Shown: positions 8,993 through 19,062, counted from the stretch's first letter. The stretch: 22,343 bases of DNA from a bacterium (GCA_037439545.1 JBBIVV010000038.1:1-22343); one strand, 5' to 3'. Notes: generated by a model from the sequence alone, not told the origin. Numbers and translations are program-made.

Positions 8993-10063
8993 CTACTTTA
9001 CTGCGATACCGACAGATGAAAACAGGTCATTTGTATCCACATACTGCTTGATCATTTCATGGCCTTTCTTGATCTGATCATCCCTCACGATTCTCACTTT
9101 GCCTATTATGGACTCGATCTTCGATATGGTTGTCAGGGTATCGTACTTCACATGGATAACAGGCATGCCCATCGACTGTGCCCTGCCAAGGACGATTTCA
9201 TTCGGCAGAATATCCCCTGTCAGCACAAGGCACTTCGTCGACGTTTCAAGTGCTGCTATTATTATATCAGCCCTGTTAGCACCCGTGATCACCGCCTTGT
9301 TTTTACTCTTAATAAAATGCTTCAAAGCATTTTCGACATCCATTGCACCGACGACAATGTTCTCGATAAGCTCGTCGAGCTTGTGGTGTCCCGACAGCAT
9401 CTCTCCGCCGACTGCATCCCTGATCTGCCTTACGGAGATTGACTCGAGCGATGCTTCTCTCGGTACGACCCCGAACACCTTTACCCCCTTTTTCGTAAGG
9501 TACGGCACAATATCATGTACGACGAAATCCAAGTCATCGAGGGTGACCCTGTTTATGATGACACCGGCGAGCCTTTCACCGAGCAGTTCTTTCGATGAAA
9601 GTATGCAGTCAACGCAGACCTCGTCCCTGTAAGGGTCGATAAGCACGGCTTTTGCATTCAATGCCTTGATCGTAATCAGGCTGTTGATCCTCATGGTCAG
9701 ACCTTCATAAAGGTTTGCAGCACCGCTGACAATCATAACGTCCTTGTCCGCGGAGAGCTGTTTGTAGGCATCCTTGAATAAGGTTAAGCCGTCAAATTCC
9801 CTGCCTTTCAATACCGATGCTATAAGATCATGCGTTAAAATTACCGGTGACATTTTCTCGACCGGATCTGCGAGCCCGAGTGCCCCTTTGACAAACTCGG
9901 CATCGACATCGTACAGTGTCGTGCCCCTGCTCCCTATTGATTTACCGATGACCCTCATGTATCCGATTTTATACCCGTATTCCTGAAGCATTTTTCCGAG
10001 TACCGCCGATAAAAGCGTTTTACCCGAATAACCGTTTGTTGAACCAATAAAAAAAGGAACCAT
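8993..10063 (-). CDS. BioD-like/DRTGG-domain (phosphotransacetylase N-terminal family) protein
   Basis: P-loop-like STNGYSGKT and DRTGG-type segment VVGAM...AVITGANRADI...LVLTG. No PTA catalytic domain. Ribosome-binding site GAGGAGG upstream. Confidence 0.88.
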   Translation of the reverse strand: MVPFFIGSTNGYSGKTLLSAVLGKMLQEYGYKIGYMRVIGKSIGSRGTTLYDVDAEFVKGALGLADPVEKMSPVILTHDLIASVLKGREFDGLTLFKDAYKQLSADKDVMIVSGAANLYEGLTMRINSLITIKALNAKAVLIDPYRDEVCVDCILSSKELLGERLAGVIINRVTLDDLDFVVHDIVPYLTKKGVKVFGVVPREASLESISVRQIRDAVGGEMLSGHHKLDELIENIVVGAMDVENALKHFIKSKNKAVITGANRADIIIAALETSTKCLVLTGDILPNEIVLGRAQSMGMPVIHVKYDTLTTISKIESIIGKVRIVRDDQIKKGHEMIKQYVDTNDLFSSVGIAVK

Positions 10064-10075
10064 GTGTTTACCTCC

Positions 10076-12181
10076 TCAATGTTTTATGGCAATACGCGCA
10101 TCAACTGCTATGGCGCCCTGCCCCTCTTCCTGTACAAGTAATGGATTTATATCCAGCTCTGCAATATCCGGATTGTCGATAACGAGCTGGGATACGCGCA
10201 GTATACCGTCCGCTATTGCAGCTATGTCCATTTTTTTTGCGCCGCGCACACCGAGCAATAATGGATATGACTTAATCTCCTTAATCATCTCATAAGCCTC
10301 CACCTCCGATACAGGAGCTACTCTGAACGAAACATCCTTCAGCACCTCGACATAAATACCTCCGAGACCGAACATGATAAGAGGCCCGAAGTTTGGATCT
10401 ATATGCATGCCGATAATAGTTTCAATACCTCTGTTCAGCATCTGCTGTACTACGACACCCCATATCCTTGCAGAGGGCATGAACCTTTTTGCATTGTTCG
10501 TTATTGTTGAAAATGAAGCTTCCAGTTCTTTTTCATCTTTTATCCCCACGATAACGCCGCCGACATCGGTTTTGTGCAGTATATCGGGTGATGCTATTTT
10601 CATAACAACCGGATAGCCTATGGATGCTGCATAATCTCTTGCCTCTTCCTGGGTATGCGCAAGCATACTCTTTGGCGTTTTGAAGCCGTAAAATTCAACT
10701 ATTCCTCTTGCCTCTACATCGACAAGGCTTGACCTTCCTGAAGCCTGAACCATATTCAGACTTTGCTGGACTTTAGAAAAATCTATTTCATATTTTTTAT
10801 ATGTTTTCTCAGGCTCTGCAAGCCAGTCCCTGTAGTCAAGGGCTATCCTGTAAGCTTTTACTGCTGATTCCGGGAACACATAATTCGGCACCCTGCCGTT
10901 ATTCAGTATCTTTATACCGGGGGCAACATCCCGTCCACCCATGAATACTGCAAGCGTTGTCTTTCCTGACGGTTTTGCAATTTCATTTGCAACATCGACG
11001 ATCGTCCCTGCTGTCTTGCTTATTTCCGTCATGTCCTGCGGTGTAAGCAAAATAAATATGCCTGCAACATCTTTGTCCTTGATTATAACGTCTATTGCGG
11101 ACTTATACCTGTCTGCGAGAGCATCACCAATAATATCGAACGGATTTCCAAAGGCCGCGGACGGGGGTAATGCCTTTTTTAAGGCGAGTAAGCTGTCGTC
11201 GCTGATATGCGAAAGCCTTATATTCGACCGCTCTGTCGCATCCGCAGTGATTATACCCGGTCCTCCGGCATTGGTCACAATTGCCAGTCCGCCTTCCTTG
11301 GGCAGAGGCTGACTCTCCAGAAGCTTGCCTATATCAAAAAGCTCTTCAATGGTGTGCGCCCTTATAACCCCGGACTGTTTGAAGGCTGCGTCAAATGCAG
11401 CATCAGAGCCCGCGAGTGTTCCCGTGTGCGAAGAGGAAGCCCTTGCTCCAACCTTTGTTCCACCGGCTTTAATCAGTATGACGGGTTTTTTCTTCGATGC
11501 ACGGTAAGCCTTTTCTATAAATGCCCTGCCGTCTGAAACACCCTCTATATAACCGAGTATGACCCGCGTATCGGGATCCTGAGCGAGATATTCTATGAAA
11601 TCAGCTTCATTCAGATCCGCTTTGTTCCCAAGGCTTATAAACTTTGAAAACCCCATGTCATTGGCAAGTGCCCAGTCGAGCAGTGCGGTAAGCAGTGCAC
11701 CTGATTGGGATAGTATGGATATGTCTCCCGAAAGGGGCATGTCCGCTGCAAAGGATGCATTGAGTTTGCCTTTTGTATCTATGATCCCGAGACAATTGGG
11801 CCCTACAAGCCTAATGCCGCAGGCATCCGCCTGTTCTTTCAACTGTTTCTCAAGAATTGCGCCGTCGACACCGATCTCTTTAAATCCTGCAGATATGACA
11901 ACCGCGGCCTTTGCCTTTTTCACGGCGCAGTCCTTCAGTGAAGTTATTATCGCTTTGGGGGGTATCATGAATACGACAAGGTCTACCGTATCGGGTATGC
12001 TTTTAATATCAGGGTAGACCTTTATCCCGAGTATTTCCGATGCCGTCGGATTAACCGGATAAATCCTTCCTGCATAGCCGCCTTCGATAACATTTTTAAG
12101 AAGACTGTACCCGACCTTTCCTATGACCTTTGAAGCACCGACAAGGGCTATACTCGATGGTTTGAATATCGTATCCAGCAT
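10076..12181 (-). CDS. Acetate--CoA (acyl-CoA) ligase, ADP-forming, fused alpha/beta
   Basis: Motifs PSSIALVGAS, RLVGPNCLG, SQSGA, phospho-His SSHTG, ATP-grasp GYPVVMKIASPDILHKTDVGGV and ELDINPL. No GNAT domain. Confidence 0.92.
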   Translation of the reverse strand: MLDTIFKPSSIALVGASKVIGKVGYSLLKNVIEGGYAGRIYPVNPTASEILGIKVYPDIKSIPDTVDLVVFMIPPKAIITSLKDCAVKKAKAAVVISAGFKEIGVDGAILEKQLKEQADACGIRLVGPNCLGIIDTKGKLNASFAADMPLSGDISILSQSGALLTALLDWALANDMGFSKFISLGNKADLNEADFIEYLAQDPDTRVILGYIEGVSDGRAFIEKAYRASKKKPVILIKAGGTKVGARASSSHTGTLAGSDAAFDAAFKQSGVIRAHTIEELFDIGKLLESQPLPKEGGLAIVTNAGGPGIITADATERSNIRLSHISDDSLLALKKALPPSAAFGNPFDIIGDALADRYKSAIDVIIKDKDVAGIFILLTPQDMTEISKTAGTIVDVANEIAKPSGKTTLAVFMGGRDVAPGIKILNNGRVPNYVFPESAVKAYRIALDYRDWLAEPEKTYKKYEIDFSKVQQSLNMVQASGRSSLVDVEARGIVEFYGFKTPKSMLAHTQEEARDYAASIGYPVVMKIASPDILHKTDVGGVIVGIKDEKELEASFSTITNNAKRFMPSARIWGVVVQQMLNRGIETIIGMHIDPNFGPLIMFGLGGIYVEVLKDVSFRVAPVSEVEAYEMIKEIKSYPLLLGVRGAKKMDIAAIADGILRVSQLVIDNPDIAELDINPLLVQEEGQGAIAVDARIAIKH

Positions 12182-12183
12182 AT

Positions 12184-12495
12184 CTACTTCTTTCCTTCTT
12201 TGTATTGCCTGAAAAACCTTGTTACCGCGTACTCGGTATCCTGTTCCTTAATTGCTTTTTCTGTAAAGATATATCTGTAATTGTGCACATAATCCATAAT
12301 GACCGCATATGCGCGATTGACCTCTGTCATCTTCTTCGTGCACATTTGCTTGTCTTTTTCAGTACACCGGTCAGGATGGTACTTCATCGCAAACCGGTGA
12401 TAGGCGGATTTTATCTGTTCAAGAGTAGCTATCTCGGGCACACCGAGAATCTTGCGCGCTTTATTTAGTTTTCTGTAACCCGGCAGGTTTTCCAT
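12184..12495 (-). CDS. Small J-domain (DnaJ-like) protein
   Basis: ILGV...QIKSAYHRFAMKYHPD...EVNRAY with an intact HPD. Probable start ATG 12495, overlapping the 3' end of lgt by 35 nt. Confidence 0.85.
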   Translation of the reverse strand: MENLPGYRKLNKARKILGVPEIATLEQIKSAYHRFAMKYHPDRCTEKDKQMCTKKMTEVNRAYAVIMDYVHNYRYIFTEKAIKEQDTEYAVTRFFRQYKEGKK

Positions 12496-13270
12496 GGTCA
12501 GTTCTTGTCCTTGCCCAGACAAAAATAATCCATCCGGCAATAAAGGTCGGTATCGCTATGAACTGCGAAGTTGATAGCGGACCTACGAACCCGCGAATGA
12601 TATCGCCTCTGAAAAATTCGATGATAAACCTGTTAAATGAATACAGCACCAGGAAAAGTCCGACGAGCTCGCCGTTATGTTTTTTTAAATGCTTCCCGTA
12701 CCAGAGCAAAAATCCGAACAGGATCAGTCCGTTGAGGGATTCGAAAAGCTCGGTGGACAGCAGCCGCTGTCCCGGATAAGCAAGTCCGGCATCGCTGTCA
12801 GGTGAAAACACAGAACCGAGGGGCCAGGGCAATGTGGTAGGCTTGCCAAAACAGCAGCCATTCATATAACAGCCGAATGCACGATGTATCGCATAGCCGA
12901 GTCCCATATAGGGAGCAATAAGGTCGGCAAACTTAAAAAACTCCTGCTCGACCCATTTCAAATACACGTACATTGCGAGTATACCGCCGAATAACCCGCC
13001 GTAAAATACAAGTCCGCCTTTCCAGATCTCAAGCATCTCAAGGGGGTTTTGCATATAATAGCCCCACATCGTTATCACGAACACTATCCTTGCTCCAATA
13101 ATAGAGCCGATCATAATCCAGAAGCTCATATCGAGGACGATATTCGGATCCATGCCGAGCTTTTTACCCTTTCTTGTTGCGAGATAGATAGCGACTATAA
13201 ACGCCGTTGCCATTGCAACACCGTATGTGTGAATCGTAATCGGGCCGTAGTGAAAAAGAATCGGATACAT
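12461..13270 (-). CDS. lgt: Prolipoprotein diacylglyceryl transferase
   Basis: Motifs MYPILF..GP.TIHTYG, GARI, IWKGGLVFYGG, GCYMNGCCFG, RFIIEFFRGD and LSTSQ. Ribosome-binding site AAGGAG. Confidence 0.92.
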   Translation of the reverse strand: MYPILFHYGPITIHTYGVAMATAFIVAIYLATRKGKKLGMDPNIVLDMSFWIMIGSIIGARIVFVITMWGYYMQNPLEMLEIWKGGLVFYGGLFGGILAMYVYLKWVEQEFFKFADLIAPYMGLGYAIHRAFGCYMNGCCFGKPTTLPWPLGSVFSPDSDAGLAYPGQRLLSTELFESLNGLILFGFLLWYGKHLKKHNGELVGLFLVLYSFNRFIIEFFRGDIIRGFVGPLSTSQFIAIPTFIAGWIIFVWARTRTDHGKPAGLQKTK

Positions 13271-13445
13271 ACATTCTCCTTTATTTTTTATTCATTATAG
13301 TGTTCCCCTTGATCCGCATCGATAAAAGGGATTGCGGAGAGCATCTCGTTCGGTAAGACTAATCATATATTTTATAACTTTCAATAGCTACCATTATTCC
13401 AAAATATCATCAACAGAGAAAGAATCAAAAACCGGAAAATGCAAT

Positions 13446-14162
13446 TTAGATCCCTGTCAGATTGCTCACTAATTTTCCTATCAGGTATGTTGCAGAGCCC
13501 GCAAGTACGCCGACGAGTACTGCTTCCATACCGCTCTTCAGCCAGTTCCTGCCGGTAACATAGGTTTTTCCTGCACCTACGAAAAAGAGTGTCAGGATCG
13601 TTAAAATGATCGACACCGTAAAGGCACTGCCCGCAGGAATGAACGCGTACGGGAATGTCGGCATTGCAGCCCCTACCGCGTATGCTGTGCCTGTAGCAAG
13701 CGCTGATTTCAAAGGGGTCTTCGGTTGATCGACATTGAGGTTCAATTCTTCTTTCATCATAATGTCCAGCCATCTTCGTTTGTCGGAGCATATGGTCTTA
13801 ACAATCTCATCCAACTGGGGGCCTTCAAATCCCTTTGCACTGTAGATGTCCCTTATTTCCTGTCTTTCACGGTCAGGCAGGTTGTCTATCTCATATAATT
13901 CCCTGTCCCTTTCGCTCTCAATGTACTCACGCTCGGATTTAGCCGCAAGCCATGCGCCAAGGCCCATTGAAATGGTACCGCCTATCATCTCTGCTATGCC
14001 GGCAATTAACACAATCTTGTTCGTCTGCACTGCAGCATTAACGCCCGAGACAACGGCAAATGCCGCGATAAGCCCGTCATTTGCTCCGAAAACAATATCC
14101 CTGATAATTTCCCCGCCCCTCATATGCGGTTCACCATTAGTTTTCTTTTTCAAGCTGAACAT
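13446..14162 (-). CDS. VIT1/CCC1 family Fe/Mn transporter
   Basis: Motifs IRDIVFGANDGL and ISMGLGAWL, acidic metal-binding region ERDRELYEI...ERQEI, and MMKEEL. Confidence 0.92.
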   Translation of the reverse strand: MFSLKKKTNGEPHMRGGEIIRDIVFGANDGLIAAFAVVSGVNAAVQTNKIVLIAGIAEMIGGTISMGLGAWLAAKSEREYIESERDRELYEIDNLPDRERQEIRDIYSAKGFEGPQLDEIVKTICSDKRRWLDIMMKEELNLNVDQPKTPLKSALATGTAYAVGAAMPTFPYAFIPAGSAFTVSIILTILTLFFVGAGKTYVTGRNWLKSGMEAVLVGVLAGSATYLIGKLVSNLTGI

Positions 14163-14696
14163 CTATAAGCTCAGTTTTTTCAGGGTTTTCTCGTACACCT
14201 GGAGACCGTTGTCTGAAAAAAGCACGAACCTGACGAGCTCCAGACCTTTATTTGATTTAATGAATGCTATAACTTCCTTGAGCGCAACCTCTGCCGCAAG
14301 GTCTACGGGATATCCATACACCCCCGTGCTTATGGAGGGAAAGGCAATACTTTTCAGATTATTTTTCATTGCAATTTCAAGACTTGTTCTATAAGCGTCT
14401 GCAAGAAACTTATCCTCAGCATGCTTTCCGTCACGAAACACCGGACCCACTGCATGGATCACGTGCTTCGCTTTGAGATTACCGGCTGTGGTGATCACTG
14501 CACTGCCTGTAGGACAGCTGCCGATTTTCCTGCATTCCTCCATGATCATCGGCCCCCCTGCCCTGTGTATGGCACCGTCTACACCTCCGCCTCCTGCAAG
14601 CCGTGAATTGGCGGCATTGACGATGGCATCTGTCTTCTCAAGGGTAATGTCACCCTTGACAAGCGATAGAACGGTACTGCCGATAGTTATCTCCAT
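14163..14696 (-). CDS. Macrodomain O-acetyl-ADP-ribose deacetylase (YmdB-like)
   Basis: Motifs GDIT, DAIVNAAN, GGGGVDGAIHRAGG, VIHAVGP and SIAFPSISTGVYGYP. Confidence 0.93.
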   Translation of the reverse strand: MEITIGSTVLSLVKGDITLEKTDAIVNAANSRLAGGGGVDGAIHRAGGPMIMEECRKIGSCPTGSAVITTAGNLKAKHVIHAVGPVFRDGKHAEDKFLADAYRTSLEIAMKNNLKSIAFPSISTGVYGYPVDLAAEVALKEVIAFIKSNKGLELVRFVLFSDNGLQVYEKTLKKLSL

Positions 14697-14700
14697 GCTC

Positions 14701-15957
14701 TTATCTCCTTATCCTTGCAGCCAGTACATGCGCATCAAGACCCTCCACTTTTCCAATCTCTTCAGCGTAGGGCGCAAGTTTTGAGAACCCCTCGCGCGTC
14801 ACATGGAGCATGGTAGTCCTTTTCATAAAATCATACACACCAAGCCCTGATGAAAACCTTGCCGCACCCATGGTGGGAAGGACATGGTCGGGCCCTGCGA
14901 CATAATCGCCGAGCACCTCCGGTGTATAGGCACCGAGGAACACAGCGCCTGCATGCATGACATATTTGAGGTATGTTTCCGGTTCTTTCACGGCGAGTTC
15001 AAGGTGCTCAGGGGCCATTGCATTGGCAATGTCCATTGCCTTTTCTCTACGAGCGGCAAGTACCGCAAAACCATTTTTATTAAGGCTTTTTTGTATGATC
15101 CCTTTCCTGCTCATGGAGCCGGTTAATGAATGAATTTTCTGTTCCACCCTTTTGACATAAGCCCTGTCCGGTGCAATCAATACGCTCATTGCGTGTTCAT
15201 CATGTTCTGCCTGGGCCATCAGGTCTGCTGCTATGTAGGACGGGTCTACGCTGCCATCCGCTACAATAACGACCTCACTGGGGCCTGCAACCATATCTAT
15301 GCCCGCATCGCCGTACACGAGTTTTTTCGCAAGGGTAACATACCTGCTCCCGGGACCGACGATCTTGTCGACCTTATCGATACTCTCTGTGCCGTACGCA
15401 AGAGCGGCTATTGCATGTGCCCCGCCCATTGAGTACACTTTATTGATACCGAGCATGCCTGCTGCTGCAAGCACCTGAACGTTGGGTACCGGTGTTGCAA
15501 ACGATAGTTGCTTTACCCCTGCAATAATAGCGGGCACTGCGTTCATGATAACGGAAGACGGATAAGAGGCGCTCCCCCCGGGCACATACAATCCGACGTT
15601 TTCTATCGGTGTAAAAAACTCGCCGTAGGAGACACCCTTGCTTTCCTTGACCTTCCATGAAATCACATGGCTCTTTTCATGGTTATGGAACGCAGTCACC
15701 CTCTTTATCGCGAACTCGAACGACTTTTTCGTTTTGCGGTCAATTTGGCGCAAAGCCTTGTTTATGTCATTTTGCTTTATCAGAAGATTGTTCGAGTCTA
15801 TGTGATCATACAGCCTGCGGAATTTTAAAACCGCCGCGTCGCCGTTTTTTCTTACCTCGTCGATAATCTTGCGAACCGTTCCGTAAATATCCTCGTATGA
15901 GCCTTTCCTTTTTGAAAGGATACCCGGAATCCCGGATGGATTGACTATCTTTATCAT
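14701..15957 (-). CDS. hisD: Histidinol dehydrogenase
   Basis: Motifs GLYVPGG, DKIVGPG, IDMVAGPSE, AQAEHD, APEHLE and GDYVAGPDHVLPT. Confidence 0.97.
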   Translation of the reverse strand: MIKIVNPSGIPGILSKRKGSYEDIYGTVRKIIDEVRKNGDAAVLKFRRLYDHIDSNNLLIKQNDINKALRQIDRKTKKSFEFAIKRVTAFHNHEKSHVISWKVKESKGVSYGEFFTPIENVGLYVPGGSASYPSSVIMNAVPAIIAGVKQLSFATPVPNVQVLAAAGMLGINKVYSMGGAHAIAALAYGTESIDKVDKIVGPGSRYVTLAKKLVYGDAGIDMVAGPSEVVIVADGSVDPSYIAADLMAQAEHDEHAMSVLIAPDRAYVKRVEQKIHSLTGSMSRKGIIQKSLNKNGFAVLAARREKAMDIANAMAPEHLELAVKEPETYLKYVMHAGAVFLGAYTPEVLGDYVAGPDHVLPTMGAARFSSGLGVYDFMKRTTMLHVTREGFSKLAPYAEEIGKVEGLDAHVLAARIRR

Positions 15958-16616
15958 ACCGTTTTCCCTGCGGCTTTTTTGAGACGTGCCGTAATATATT
16001 CTATGTCCTGTCGTTTTGTTCTCATGGACGCCCTGTTCACGACAAGCCTTGCAGAAGATTTCATGATCGTCTCTTTTTCTTCGAGTCCATTGATCTTTAA
16101 TGTTTCCCCGGACGAGACAAGGTCGACAATCAGATCGGATATGCCGAAGAGCGGAGCAAGCTCGACCGCACCATAGAGCTTTATAATGTCTGCCTGGAAT
16201 CCTTTTTTCTTGAAGTATTGTGATGCGAGATAAGGATATTTTGTGGCAACCTTGATGCCCGATAAATCCGCCCTGCCGGTCACGTTACCCCCCGCGGGCT
16301 CAGCCACTGAAAGCCTGCACACGCCAAAATTCAATGCGAGTGCCGTTATGACATCGTGCATCTGCTCCTTGATAAGGTCGTAGCCGATGATGCCCATGTC
16401 GACTGCACCGTACTCGACATAGGTGAGCAGATCGACAGCCCTGATAACGATCGCCTCTGCCGTCTTATCGGTCGATTGGAACCTGAGGCTGCGGGATTGC
16501 CCGAGTGCCGGTGAAAAGTCAAGGCCTGCCTTCTTTAACACAGCGACCGAATCACTTAACATCCTTCCCTTGGGAAGACCGATTATTATTCTTTTTTTTG
16601 TCCCTTTTTTTATCAT
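15954..16616 (-). CDS. hisG: ATP phosphoribosyltransferase, short form (HisZ-dependent)
   Basis: Motifs LPKGR, YVEYG..DMGI.G.D, VATKYP, LYGAVELAP and DLVSSGETL. At 220 aa it lacks the C-terminal regulatory domain. ATGA overlaps with both neighbours. Confidence 0.96.
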   Translation of the reverse strand: MIKKGTKKRIIIGLPKGRMLSDSVAVLKKAGLDFSPALGQSRSLRFQSTDKTAEAIVIRAVDLLTYVEYGAVDMGIIGYDLIKEQMHDVITALALNFGVCRLSVAEPAGGNVTGRADLSGIKVATKYPYLASQYFKKKGFQADIIKLYGAVELAPLFGISDLIVDLVSSGETLKINGLEEKETIMKSSARLVVNRASMRTKRQDIEYITARLKKAAGKTV

Positions 16617-17914
16617 GAACTCTTCATCCTTTTCAGCTTTGCGCCGATCTTTGACAGCTTGTCCTCCATATACTCATAACCCCTGTCAAGATGATATATC
16701 CTTGACACCTCCGTAACCCCATCAGCGATAAGACCCGCTATTACCAGTGATGCACTCGCCCTCAGGTCTGTTGCCATGACCTGCGCTCCCATCAACCTCG
16801 TTTTACCTTTTACAAGAGCGACATTGCCCTCTGTTTCGATATTCGCACCCATGCGCCTGAGCTCGGACACGTGCATGAACCTGTTCTCGAATATGGTTTC
16901 TGTAATGACGCTCGTATTGTCACCCTGAGTCATAAGCACCATAAACTGTGCCTGCAGGTCTGTCGGAAAATTCGGATAAGGTATCGTCTTGACATTGACA
17001 CTTTTAATCCATGCGGGGTTTTCTCTCTTTATGGTGATGCGGTCTCCGGTTTCGGTATAATCCATGCCCGCATCTTTTATCTTCGATAAAAGCGCATCTA
17101 AATGCCGCGGGTTGCAGTTCGTTATCTCGACCTCTCCGCCGGCAGCACATGCAGTTATAAGGTAGGTGCCTGCTTCAATCCTGTCCGGTATAATATCGAG
17201 ACTGCAGCCATGAAGCCTGTCGACACCTTCTATGGTAATGATGTCCGTGCCTGCCCCGTGTATCTTTCCGCCCATTTTTACAAGCTGATCTGCAAGACTC
17301 ACGATCTCCGGTTCTTTTGCAGCATTCCCTATAACCGTCGTACCCTGTGCGAGTGATGCAGCCATGACGAGGTTCTCCGTACCTGTTACCGTTGTCGTAT
17401 CGAACACGATCTTTGCACCTTTCAGTCTTTGCGCAGTCACATCGATGTAACCGTGATCTATCGAAACCTTTGCTCCAAGTGCTGCGAGACCTTTTAAATG
17501 AAGGTCTATGGGCCTGCTGCCAATGGCACATCCGCCGGGTATTGAAACCCTTGCGCTGCCATACCTCGCAACGAGAGGTCCAAGGACAAGAACGGATGCC
17601 CTCATCGTCCTGACCAGATCATAAGGTGCTTCATGGGTATTCATTCCCGATGCATTGATCGTAATACTGTCTGAAAAGGCAGTATTTCCTGCTGCAGGTC
17701 TTCGCTTGTGTTCATAACCGCTTGTCCGCACCCCCATTTTCTCAAGCAGTTCAACCATGGTACTGACATCTGCAAGATACGGCACCCTGCCGAGGTGCAC
17801 ATCACCGGACGTCAGCAGTGCAGCAGCCATCGCAGGCAGGGCCGCATTCTTTGCACCGCTAATCCTGACAGTCCCGTATAATCTATTTCCGCCTTCTATA
17901 ACAAATTTATCCAT
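16613..17914 (-). CDS. murA: UDP-N-acetylglucosamine 1-carboxyvinyltransferase
   Basis: Motifs [21 protein letters not shown] (catalytic Cys), [26 protein letters not shown] and HLDRGY. Start set at MDKFVIEGG. Confidence 0.97.
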   Translation of the reverse strand: MDKFVIEGGNRLYGTVRISGAKNAALPAMAAALLTSGDVHLGRVPYLADVSTMVELLEKMGVRTSGYEHKRRPAAGNTAFSDSITINASGMNTHEAPYDLVRTMRASVLVLGPLVARYGSARVSIPGGCAIGSRPIDLHLKGLAALGAKVSIDHGYIDVTAQRLKGAKIVFDTTTVTGTENLVMAASLAQGTTVIGNAAKEPEIVSLADQLVKMGGKIHGAGTDIITIEGVDRLHGCSLDIIPDRIEAGTYLITACAAGGEVEITNCNPRHLDALLSKIKDAGMDYTETGDRITIKRENPAWIKSVNVKTIPYPNFPTDLQAQFMVLMTQGDNTSVITETIFENRFMHVSELRRMGANIETEGNVALVKGKTRLMGAQVMATDLRASASLVIAGLIADGVTEVSRIYHLDRGYEYMEDKLSKIGAKLKRMKSS

Positions 17915-17964
17915 GTTTGCATTCCGTACAACTATAGTTCCTCTATGCTCAATAAAGAGAATTG

Positions 17965-19005
17965 TTAAACGATATTCCACGGCTTGGGCATGAATATCTC
18001 ATTGAACCTGTCGAGTGCGTACCGGTCTGTCATGCCCGCTATAAAGTCCGTTATGCGTCTTTCTATCGGGTCCTCGCTTCTATTGAAGACCGCCTCTTTC
18101 TCGAAAATATCAGGATGCGTCTTATAATAATTGAACAGTTCACCGAGAATCCTCTCGCACTTCTCAAGCTCATGATGTACCACGTCGCTCTCATAGACAG
18201 ATTCGTACAAAAATGTCCTCATGGTGACGAGTGCAGACAATACGCGGTCTTCTATTGCGATGGTCTGATAATCTGTATCATGGGTAGCAGTTATAACGCC
18301 TTTTATCATGGTATCGATCCGCTTTGAATATGCACTGCCGAGTATACGGACAGCTTTTTCAGGCAGATCCATATCCTTTATCACACCCGCGCGTATCGCA
18401 TCGTCTATATCATGATTGATATATGCGATAATATCGGCAAGCCTTACGATCCTGCCTTCGAGAGTTACTGCCGTAACATCCGGTGATGTCGTCAGTATGT
18501 CGCCCTTTCCTTTGGAATGCTTGGGGATTCCATCTTTCACCTCAAATGAAAGATTCAGTCCCCTTCCGTCCCTTTCAAGCAGGTCAACCACGCGCAGGCT
18601 CTGTTTGTAATGTTTGAATCCTCCGGGGTTCAGCTTATTAAGCACTGCCTCACCCGCATGTCCGAACGGTGTGTGGCCGAGGTCGTGGCCAAGGGCTATT
18701 GCCTCTGTGAGCGACTCATTCAGCATTAACGATCTGGCTATGGTCCTGCTTATCTGTGCAACTTCGAGCGTGTGAGTCAAGCGGGTCCTGTAATGGTCAC
18801 CTTTGGGCAGGAGCAACACCTGCGTCTTATACATGAGCCGCCTGAATGATTTGCTGTGAAGGATTCTGTCCCTGTCATGCTGGAATATCGGGCGCACGTC
18901 ACAGGCAGGCTCCGGTGTCTTCCTTCCCTTTGAATTTACACTGAGCATTGCCTTTGGGTGCAATATCTGCTTTTCCTGCTGTTCTAACGTTTCCCGAATA
19001 AGCAT
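17965..19005 (-). CDS. dgt: Deoxyguanosinetriphosphate triphosphohydrolase (HD family)
   Basis: Motifs DRDRILHSKSFRRL, KTQV, RTRLTHTLEV, GHDLGHTPFGHAGE, ADIIAY..HDIDD and DFIAGMTDRYA. Confidence 0.93.
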   Translation of the reverse strand: MLIRETLEQQEKQILHPKAMLSVNSKGRKTPEPACDVRPIFQHDRDRILHSKSFRRLMYKTQVLLLPKGDHYRTRLTHTLEVAQISRTIARSLMLNESLTEAIALGHDLGHTPFGHAGEAVLNKLNPGGFKHYKQSLRVVDLLERDGRGLNLSFEVKDGIPKHSKGKGDILTTSPDVTAVTLEGRIVRLADIIAYINHDIDDAIRAGVIKDMDLPEKAVRILGSAYSKRIDTMIKGVITATHDTDYQTIAIEDRVLSALVTMRTFLYESVYESDVVHHELEKCERILGELFNYYKTHPDIFEKEAVFNRSEDPIERRITDFIAGMTDRYALDRFNEIFMPKPWNIV

Positions 19006-19038
19006 AAATTTATATTACCCTTGTTTTGTTATAGAGAG

Positions 19039-19062
19039 AGGGGCAATTCGTGAATTGTCCCT
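19039..19062. repeat. REP-like palindrome
   Basis: AGGGGCAATTC-GT-GAATTGTCCCT, 11-bp arms with one G:T pair. Confidence 0.65.

Noticed and set aside
3327..14696. Lipoate ligase plus macrodomain as a lipoylation/ADP-ribosylation (LplA-GcvH-L-Macro-SirTM) system
   Set aside because: The genes are about 10 kb apart in different units, there is no GcvH-L or sirtuin, and the macrodomain looks like an ordinary YmdB type.
17965..19005. dGTPase as an anti-phage defence gene
   Set aside because: It is a short housekeeping-type enzyme upstream of murA-hisG-hisD, with no defence genes beside it.
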